Below are positions 22,854 through 32,355 of a stretch of 35,848 nucleotides of DNA, piece after piece (position 1 is the first letter of the stretch; each line of letters begins with the position of its first letter). The position numbers and the translations under genes were made by a program. The stretch covers positions 1 to 35,848 of the forward strand of contig JAUCBJ010006814.1 in the NCBI GenBank assembly GCA_032718475.1. The letters run 5' to 3'. This DNA comes from Nemertoderma westbladi. Lineage: Eukaryota > Animalia > Xenacoelomorpha. The notes beneath the pieces were generated by a model that was given only the letters and a program-made list of their open reading frames with translations, was not told where the DNA came from and did not search any database.

Positions 22854-25800
22854 CCCACCCTGTGGAATGGCAAACCAGGGTGTGGTATTTGCCCCGAGAG
22901 CTGACTCGGCAAAAAAGCACCCCCCAACCCCCACTGTGGATTACATTAGTAATGCGGAGGTCCGGCCACTAGAGGCCAGTGGAATTACCGGTCACAATCG
23001 GCCTCACAGGCGTCAGTTATCTCCTGACCGGCTGCCTGTCTCACCCCCTACTGGAGAGAGAGAGCAGCCAACAATTCTTTGAGTCCCTTTCCTGATGACC
23101 TTTCTGGCCCAAAACCCTGGGTCACCAGGGAGGCCAGATTGTGAGGGGAAGAGGGATTCTGCAGTTGGAGGCTACTCTCTTGTTCCACCCCGACCAACAA
23201 AGCCATTGGTGAATCTGAGGCAAGTCACTAGACTAGCCTCAGTAAACACCCTAACACTCGGGTCCCCAATGCGACAAGGTGAGCTGACTGCCTTGGCAGA
23301 TAAGCTTTCTCTTAGCGCAGTGGGTGTTCAAGAGCACCGAATGCAGACTGGACAGACTGATGAGGTTCTGATTAAGGACATGGGGGGCGGTTGGCGACTC
23401 GCCCTCGCGTCAGCAGATGATAGTGGCAATGGTGGAATTGGTCTATTGATGAATCCAACTGCACATGCAGCATTGGACAAAATAGACCAAATCTCTAACC
23501 GCATCATCCGTTGCCACTTCTCATGTTCTGGAAGACTGGCTAAGAAGTTTCCTAAGGTGGTTCTGATTGTGTGCTACTCTCCAACTAGTGTTGCCCCTGT
23601 AGAGGAGGTGGAAAATTTCTACCACAATCTACAAGCAGCTACTGATGGAGTGGATCAGCATGCATTCTTAACATTCCTGGGAGACTTTAATGCAAGTCTG
23701 CATCAATCACCTACATCGCCCTGGGTCTATAGCAACAGTGTTAACCGAAATTCCGTCCATCTTCAGGATTTTATCTCTGGAAATGGATTGTTTTCGGCTG
23801 GAACCCAGTTCAAGAAGCGAACTGGAAAGCTATGGACTCATAGTGGACCCAGTGGTCACAAGTCCCAGTTAGACCATATTCTGTTTCGTAGGAAATACAG
23901 GAGCTCTATACAAGACTGTAATGCATTTACACTTCGACCCTTCTCCAGTGATCACCGCCTTATTGTGGCCAAGGTAAGACTTAGTCTGCGTGCTAGCAGA
24001 ACAACGAAATCTGCCTTGCCGCGGCATGACTGGTCCTCTCTGTTGCAACAGCCAAGTGTGAGATCCAGCTTCACACTACAGCTGAGCAACAGGTATGAGG
24101 CTCTTGCCTCTGAGGCGGCAGATCACTGTGAGGGCTATACTGCCTTCACAGAAGCAGTTAAGTTAGCAGCTGCAGAAACAGTTCCTGTATACCCTCGAAA
24201 CAGGAAAAGGGCCCCCTGGACTGACAACAAAATTCAGAAGTGCCGAAATGACCTTCATAAGGCGCAGAAAGAGTCCCGACTCAAACAGACTACAGCGGCC
24301 AAGAATGCAGTTAAGGCTGCATCTAGGTCCCTGAACAGGCAGTACTCTGCTAATCTACAGGAGCTAATAAACCAACAGGTTGATGCCATCAATGATGCTG
24401 ACGACAGCAGGCAATCATCCCAGGCATGGAAATCGATCAACTCTGCTTACTGGGCGGAAAAGCCAACCAACCACCAAGGTTAAGGCTGAATCACCAGCCG
24501 ATCGCCTCAATGGTTGGAAAGCCCACTTTGAAAAGCTCCTCAATAATGACAGGGTATTGCCTGATAACTTTATAGAAGTAAAAGTGTCTGAGTCTGTACT
24601 CCCAGATATTCCCATTGGCGATATCTCCTTTGCAGAAGTGAAGGCTGCTGCAAAGAGCATTAAGACCAATCGTGCCAGTGGAGTAGATGGTGTTCCCCCT
24701 GAGGTCTTTAAAATACCTGAGTGTTTAAAGCTCAACTATCCCATCATAGTAGACATGTACCGAACAACAAGAGTCCCACAAGAAATGAAAACAAATAAGT
24801 TGGTGCCAGTTCCCAAGAAGGGCAACCTAACACTCTATGGTTCTTTTCGGGGAATCTCATTGATCTCGATTGCTGCAAAGCTATACAATATAATTCTATT
24901 AAATCGCATCAGAATCCCATTGAGAAACTGCTCCGTGGAAATCAGAATGGGTTCCGTAAAGGTCATGGGACCATGGAGCCCATTTTGGCACTTAGAAGGA
25001 TAACTGAAGAGTTATCCAAAAACAAAGACAGGCATCTGGCTGTTATCTTTGTTGACTTCTTCAAGGCCTTTGATTCAGTCTCTCGCTCACGAATGTTCAC
25101 GAATTATTGCAGCAATCAGATCAGTATACGATGGTTCGACAACATTTGTGTCTACTGTTGACGGTGACACGGAACCATTTGAAATGTTATGGGGTGTCCT
25201 CAGGGAGACACACTTGCACCATTCTTGTTCATAATTGTGGTTGACTAGGTTCTACGCATGTCCTTAGATCATCATAATGATGATGGGGTGATGCTCCAGA
25301 AGTCGAGGAAATCCTGCCAAGTACCTAACTGATCTAGACTTTGCTGATGACTTAGGAGTACTCTCAGAATCACTAGAGGGAGCCCAACGGCTCCTCGGCT
25401 CATTAGAACAAGCTGCTTCTAGTGTTGGTCTTTTTATTAACTCCAGAAAGACCAACATTTTGACAGTTAACTTTGAAAGTCCTCCAGCAAGTCTCTGATC
25501 GGATGAGCAAAAGCTCAAAGGATGGTATGCTTGAGAATGTGGATGACTTCTGTTACCTGGGATCATGGATCCGGAAGTCGGGTGGGGACCTTCGAATACG
25601 TAAGGGAAAGGCATGGGCAGCCTTGAATAGGCTTTCCAGGATTTGAAAGTCACCGAGAATTAATCGGAATCTTAAGGTCTGATTATTTAGAGCAGCAGTA
25701 GTTCCAGTACTCCCCTATGAGAGTCCATGCTGGGCTCTAACTGCTGAGGACACCAAATCTCTGGATGGCACATTCACAAGAATGCTACGCCGGGTTCATT

Positions 25801-26166
25801 GTGTCAAGTACAATGTACACATCTCCAACCAGACATTATATAACATTGGAGGTGTCTTATTGGTTCCACCAAGCTTGACACTAGAACAAAATCGCCTCCG
25901 CTTTGCAGGACATTGCTTTCGCCGTGAGGACCAGCCAGTGCATAATCTTGTACTTTGGCAGCCTCATGGAGTGAATAAGCATGGTGGACAGCCCATGAAT
26001 TTCTTGAGACGCATCTTAAAGGACACTGCCCTTGAAGATGCCAAGATGCGGATGATCTAGCAAATGTCATGGGTGATAGGGAGTTGTGGCGGCGCAATTT
26101 TGTTGATAAGCCGGCACAGCATTCTTAAAAATGCAGCTGCAATGCAGCATGCCGATCCTAGTAGTA
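22854..26166 (+). mobile_element. Non-LTR retrotransposon (LINE), RTE-like, ~3.3 kb, apparently full length but decayed
   Basis: Single APE-endonuclease plus RT coding region with no ORF1, a short (TAG)n 3' tail, and an 8-bp TSD GCCATGTA at 22846-22853 and 26167-26174. The uninterrupted site is preserved in the opposite Academ arm (~28595-28625). Confidence 0.92.
23095..26060 (+). pseudogene. LINE endonuclease/reverse transcriptase ORF, broken by frameshifts and stops
   Basis: APE motifs: VGVQEHR, VCYSPT, LGDFNA, QLDHIL, SDHRLI. RT motifs: ASGVDGVPPE, PVPKKG..FRGISL, NQNGFR, FVDFFKAFDSV, LTDLDFADD (~25325-25350), RLRFAGHCFR. The first frameshift is near 24445. Confidence 0.93.
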
Positions 26167-27204
26167 GCCATGTATCCAAGGAAACTAGCAAAAAATAACC
26201 TTGTGCAATGTTTCATCACTTTACATAGGCCCCTAACTGTAGTTACTATCAGTTTAAAAAGAGGTTTATTTTTAGGGTCAATCACCTTACATGTTCATAA
26301 CCCAAGACAATTACTCACCGACGCAGCAGGTATTTTCTTAATACCATAGCAACCGAAACATTTTGTAATATGTAGAATATCCGTCAGAAACATGTCATAT
26401 GTATTTCAGATAGGTACATTTCAATATGTTATATAGTCAACATTCATGATCACAAGCGAAGTCATTATTCTATTGTTACCATAGCAACGGGCATAATTTA
26501 TTATTTATGTATTTCCAATATCGTTTTGGTATTTTATTCGCCTTAGAGGTTAATAATTTAAGGATTTTTCATTATTAAAAGTATATGGGGTCTTCTGTAG
26601 TTATGCTATTTGAAAAAGTGATGTTTCATGGTCATAGCAACGGGAGTTTTCCTCCTAATACGGGAATAACTGTAGGGTTTCCCAAAATTTTTTAAATTGT
26701 GCAGTTCAGTCTAATTTTAAAATATGGGACGTATATATACCAAATCACTACAATATATTTGAATTTACTTTATGTTCTTAGCAACAAAAGTTTACCATAG
26801 CAACCGGGGGTTTTTCATACGAACCTTGGGTTTTTCATATCATTAACATGTTTTTTGCATAGGTTTTATTTTAGAGAAGCAAGTTATCTGTAGTGATGGC
26901 ATGTTTTGCATAACAATGATAATTTTTATATAGCAACGGCTACTTTAGCTTAGCAACGACGTGTTTGCATTGTAACAGCGGTCTTTTCACAACAAAAACA
27001 TATTTTATAAAGTACATGAAAGGTGAGTTTTACAGTGGCAATCAACTATGTTTTTGTTTTGTTCATAGCAACGGTAAGTTTATCCTTAGCAACGGCGACG
27101 TTTGTATAGTAATGACGAGTTTACCTTACCAACGGATTGTTTTACATTGTAAAAACTCCGAGATATCACTATCACAAGATCATCTGATAGAGATTTAGAT
27201 ATAC

Positions 27205-27570
27205 ATATCAACACTACAAGGAAATCATGAAGAGGCAAACACTCGTATAGTATTGCACTGCCTGAACTTTGATGCAGATTCTATATCGTCTAGAGATACA
27301 GATGCTCTTGTGTTACTCATAGCCCACTACAGTAAAATGAAATGTGCCCAGTTATGGCTGAAGTCAGGGACTTCAAAGAAGCCACGTTATATTCCCGTGC
27401 ACTAAATTCATGAAAGATTATCTAGTGATATCATAAACACATTTCTGGCATTCCACGCTATCACAGGATGTGATAGTGTATCACAACTGTTAGGACATAT
27501 AGCAAGAAGACAGCTTATAAAGTATTTCTGGAAAACCATGCTATAAAATCTGCTACAAAGTCTTGGAATC
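27205..27570 (+). pseudogene. Remnant of an XPG/FEN1-like nuclease domain of the Academ transposase (not in the ORF track)
   Basis: Manual translation from 27226: HEEANTRIVLHCLNFDADSISSRDTDALVLLIAHYSKMKCAQLWLKSGTSKKPRYIPVH*IHERLSSDIINTFLAFHAITGCDSVSQLLGH, then a frameshift to SKKTAYKVF. This matches the HEEAD / S.DTD / FH..TGCD..S..G..KK motif series. Confidence 0.85.
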
Positions 27571-29690
27571 TCATGCACAGATGCCTGCATTATGCATTGT
27601 TTCATCATTACCTTGCGAAAACATAGCATAGCATAAACAGTATAAACAAAATTGCAAAATATCTACTGTAGCCGTAAGATTTGGGGGGGGGGGGGGGGGG
27701 GGGGTGTTACAATATGCCGCATCTGTGATAAACTTACTGTTACTATGCACTAAACTCATTGTTGCTATAGAAAACTCGTCACAAGGTGGTGTTACTTCTT
27801 GGGATTCCTCGAAAACTAGTTGTTACCATGTAAAAACAATCCATTGCTAAGGTAAACTCGTCATTACTATACAAACGTCGCCGTTGCTAAGGATAAACTT
27901 TCCGTTGCTATGGAAAAAACAAAAACATAGTTGAATAACTCACCTTTCATGTACTTTATAAAATATGTTTTTGTTGTGAAAAGACCGCTGTTACAATGAA
28001 AACACGCCGTTGCTAAGCTAAAGTAGCCGTTGCTATGCAAAAATTATCATTGTTATGCAAACCCTGCCTTCACAGCAGATAACTTGCTTCTCTAATATAA
28101 AACCCTGTTAATGCTATGAAAAACCCAATGTTCTTATGAAAAACCCCCGGTTGCTATGGTAAACTCCCGTTGCTATGACCATAAAACATGACCTTGTCAA
28201 ATAGAATAACTACAGAAGAATACTTTTAATTATCAAAAATCCTTAAATTATTAACCTCTAAGGCGAATAAAATACCCAAAACGATATTGGAAATACATAA
28301 ATAATAAAATATGCCCGTTGCTATGGTAACAATAGAATAATGACTTCGCTTGTGATCATGAATGTTGACTATATAACATATTGAAATGTATCTGAAATAC
28401 ATATGACGTGTTTCTGACGGATAACATTACAAAATGTTTCCCGTTGCTATGGTAATAAGAAAAGACCTGCTGCGTCGGTAAATAATTGTCTTGGGTTATG
28501 AACATGTAAGGTAATTGACCCTAAATGGATTTCTTTTTAAACTGATAGTAACTATATGTAAAGTGATGAAACATTGCACAAGGTTATTTTTTGCTAGTTT
28601 CCATGGATACATGGCAACTGCAAATCCAATTTTATGGCGCCACCATTAAAAATATAGAGGGCAATATTGACAACATATTTGGAATGTTAAATGATCTCAA
28701 GTGGAACACGTATTTGGCAATGGTTTAGAAAAATATTGAAATTTGCAAAAATTCACCTAAATTTGAAGTAAAAACGACATTTGAAGGCGTATTTCGAACA
28801 GTTGCCATGGTAACTGGGTTCTAAAATGTACCGCAATGGATTATCTGATGCCGGTTTAGGGAGGGTAGGTCAAGGTTAGAATTATGTAGAGTCAATAGAA
28901 AGTGGTGTTTTGCAAATGACCTCCAGTTGCCATGGTGAAACGGGATCCAAAAGTTCACAATTGAGCTTGGCATCAGACGGATTCGGAATCAGCACAGTCG
29001 ATTTAGCTTAAAACCGTTAGATGCCAGCCATTACCCAAATTTTCCTACGTCATCATTATTTCGGCAAAAAGGAACCAGACTGTGTGAGGAGTTTTTAATT
29101 TTAATTAATTTTTAAGAAGTTCTATTCCCAGCAATTTATTTAAAAACTTTTATTACATCCCATTTTGGCATTAAGTACGGTATAGCATGGGTACCTACGA
29201 ATATTTTGAATTTTTCTTATAATTGTCTATTTTTTTTATAAAACTTTTTTTTTATTTTTTTTTGTGTTCTAGAACTTTATTAGTTATAGCAGCTAGTGTT
29301 TTTATGTACATTAGCTAGATATTTTTGTAATAGCTAGTAATAGTACGTATTTATGTTTAAAACTGGTATTTTTAATGTTGTGTACAGTAGACTTGTATAT
29401 TGTAGGTGTTTTGGGTTAGGGTTTTAACTTTTAAGCCTCTGCTGTTGCTAGGTTAACTAGCCTAAATTATTTTCCTAGAGTAATAGCTGGATCTCATTCA
29501 GGGACACTTTGCTGAATTTATATTCAGAAAACTTTAAAGTTTAGTAATTAGTTCATTTATAAAAATATAGGTACTTTTTTAACCAATTATTTACATAAAA
29601 TGTTACTTAAGTTTTCTTTTTTATAGCTAACTTAAAAAATAACTGAAATTACGTATTTGCCGACACGCCGACTTCAGAGAGTGATTCATC

Positions 29691-29751
29691 AAAGGATTAT
29701 AATGATGGGTCCTGGGGAGGTAGACCCCAGGACCCATCATTATAATCCTTT
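29691..29751. repeat. Perfect 27-bp inverted repeat with a 7-nt loop
   Basis: AAAGGATTATAATGATGGGTCCTGGGG-AGGTAGA-CCCCAGGACCCATCATTATAATCCTTT. Confidence 0.95.
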
Positions 29752-30057
29752 AAAAAGTTACCACAAAATAGTTACCACAAAATAAAAATTGAATAGCTAC
29801 CATAATATTGTGGGAGAATGTCCAACTATATTCTATAACACTAATATACAACCAAAACACAAGTATAAAGAAGTATAGCATAACACAGAGTATAAGCAAA
29901 ATTCAAAATTTTGGTATCCATGCTATATTAGTTCCCCGCATTTTTATATTAGAGCTAATTATTAGGGCCAATATTAGATAATTTGAGTGATTTGATATTA
30001 TATATAAATCACTGGACATGTTAGCTATTTATTTTTAAATAATTGTTATTTTCTTGA

Positions 30058-31883
30058 GCAACAAGTTTATGTGTGTGAGGGGGTCCAGCGACAAGTTTCT
30101 GTGTGTGAGGGGGTCCAGCGACAAGTTTCAGTGTGTGAGGGGGGTCCAGCGACAAGTTTCTGTGTGTGAGGGGGTCCAGCGACAAGTTTCTGTGTGTGAG
30201 GGGGTCCGGCGACAAGTATATGTGTGTGCGGGGGTCCAGCGACAAGTTTCTGTGTGTGAGGGGGTCCAGCGACAATTTTATGTGTGTGAGGGGGTCCAGC
30301 GACAATTTTATGTGTGTGAGGGGGTCCAGCGACAAGTTTCTGTGTGTGAGGGCTGAGGGGGTCCAGCAACAAGTTTCTGTGTGTGAGGGGGTCCAGCGAC
30401 AAGTTTCTGTGTGTGAGGGGGTCCAGCGACAAGTTTCTGTGTGTGAGGGGGTCCAGCGACAAGTTTCTGTGTGTGAGGGGGTCCAGCGACAAGTTTCTGT
30501 GTGTGAGGGGGTCCAGCGAGAAGTTTCTGTGTGTGAGGGGGGGGGGGGGGGGGGTCCAGCGACAAGTTTCTGTGTGTGAGGGGGTCCAGCGACAAGTTTC
30601 TGTGTGTGAGGGGGAGCAGCGACAAGTTTCTGTGTGTGAGGGGGTCCAGCGACAAGTTTCTGTGTGTGAGGGGGCCCAGCGAGAAGTTTCTGTGTGTGAG
30701 GGGGTCCAGCGACAAGTTTATGTGTGTGAGGGGGTCCAGCGACAAGTTTATGTGTGTGAGGGGGTCCAGCGACAAGTTTCTGTGTGTGAGGGGGTCCAGC
30801 GACAAGTGTCTGTGTGTGAGGGGGTCCAGCGACAAATTTCTGTGTGTGAGGGGTCCAGCGACAAGTTTATGTGTGTGATGGGGTCCAGCGACAAGTTTCT
30901 GTGTGTGAGGGGGTCCAGCGACAAGTTTATGTGTGTGAGGGGGAGAAGCGACAAGTTTCTGTGTGTGAGGGGGTCCAGCGACAAGTTTCTGTGTGTGAGG
31001 GGGCCCAGCGAGAAGTTTCTGTGTGTGAGGGGGTCCAGCGACAAGTTTCTGTGTGTGAGGGGGTCCAGCGACAAGTTTATGTGTGTGAGGGGGTCCAGCG
31101 ACAAGTTTCTGTGTGTGAGGGGGTCCAGCGACAAGTTTCTGTGTGTGAGGGGGTCCAGCGACAAGTTTCTGTGTGTGAGGGGGTCCAGCAACAAGTTTCT
31201 GTGTGTGAGGGCTGAGGGGGTCCAGCAACAAGTTTCTGTGTGTGAGGGGGTCCAGCGACAAGTTTCTGTGTGTGAGGGGGTCCAGCGACAAGTTTATGTG
31301 TGTGAGGGGGTCCAGCGACAAGTTTCTGTGTGTGAGGGGGTCCAGCGACAAGTTTCTGTGTGTGAGGGGGTCCAGCGACAAGTTTCTGTGTGTGAGGGGG
31401 TCCAGCGACAAGTTTCTGTGTGTGAGGGGGTCCAGCGACAAGTTTCTGTGTGTGAGGGGGTCCAGCGACAAGTATCTGTGTGTGAGGGGGTCCAGCGACA
31501 AGTTACTGTGTGTGAGGGGGTCCAGCGACATGTTTCTGTGTGTGAGGGGGTCCAGCGACAAGTATCTGTGTGTGAGGGGGTCCAGCGACAAGTTTCTGTG
31601 TGTGAGGGGGTCCAGCGACAAGTTTCAGTAACAAGTTGCAGAAACAAGTTGCAGCAACAAGTTTCTGTGTGTGAGAGGGGGTCCAGCGACAAGTTTCAGT
31701 AACAAGTTGCAGAAACAAGTTGCAGCAACAAGTTTCTGTGTGTGAGAGGGGGTCCAGCGACAAGTTTCAGTAACAAGTTGCAGAAACAAGTTGCTGAAAC
31801 AAGTTGCAGCAACAAGTTTCTGTGTGTGAGAGGGGGTCAAGCGACAAGTTTCAGATCAAGTTGCAGAAACAAGTTGCTCCGTG
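30058..31883 (-). repeat. Second 30-bp tandem array, reverse complement of the 20761-22470 array
   Basis: Unit GGGGGTCCAGCGACAAGTTTCTGTGTGTGA. The distal part has ~71-bp compound units with CAAGTTGCAGAAA subrepeats and ends GAAACAAGTTGCTCCGTG, the inverse of the left array start. Confidence 0.97.
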
Positions 31884-32355
31884 ACGGACTTTTAACTACA
31901 TTATAGCTAACATAAAATTTATTTTGATTTGCGTCGAAAAAAAGTGAAATAAAATATTTTTGGTGGAATTTCTCAAATTGTATTACTTGTGTTGAAAGTG
32001 ATACCGTATGTTACCACGTTGTAGAACATTTTCTAATAAAAACTAATAAAAACTATAATTAAAAAGATAATTGTTAAAAATGTTCTAGAACAAAATATAT
32101 TTGTTTAAGAACAAATATTTTTAAAATATGAAAACTAACATGTTCGGAACTTTTTAGAATTAAAGTAACAAAAACTAGCTAGTCTAAAATATGTGGGAGG
32201 GGGGCATGCCCATTTCACAAAACGAAATTAGCCAAACAAGTTACAATAAAAATTTGGAGGTGGATGTGCAAATACCTGATAGTACGTTAGAAATTCAACC
32301 ACGAAATTCGTTCCGTAAATTTTCATAGTATGTAAATACGACTAATTATTTCATT

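Larger units (their letters stand above)
22471..29082. mobile_element. Academ-like (AcademX) DNA transposon, internally deleted, with long inverted arms
   Basis: Termini TAATCTGGTTCC / GGAACCAGACTG and a 3-bp TSD TGT (22468-22470, 29083-29085). Inverted arms span ~22509-22853 plus 26175-27157 versus ~27817-28923. A central XPG-like coding remnant is present. YR termini, 3-4-bp TSDs, long TIRs and an XPG domain are the known AcademX traits. Confidence 0.78.

Noticed and set aside
22940-23070. Twister ribozyme (TAATGCGGA ... CCGGTCACAATC resembles parts of the core)
   Set aside because: The P4 closure and the downstream P2/pseudoknot strand could not be placed. Kept only as a generic structured UTR.
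30021-31840. Repetitive ORFs in the second 30-bp array
   Set aside because: Same artefact, with several frameshifting indels.
20761-31883. CACTA/Chapaev/Transib assignment based on CAC...GTG outer ends
   Set aside because: No target-site duplication (CTAA versus ACGG flanks) and no matching transposase, so the superfamily cannot be supported.
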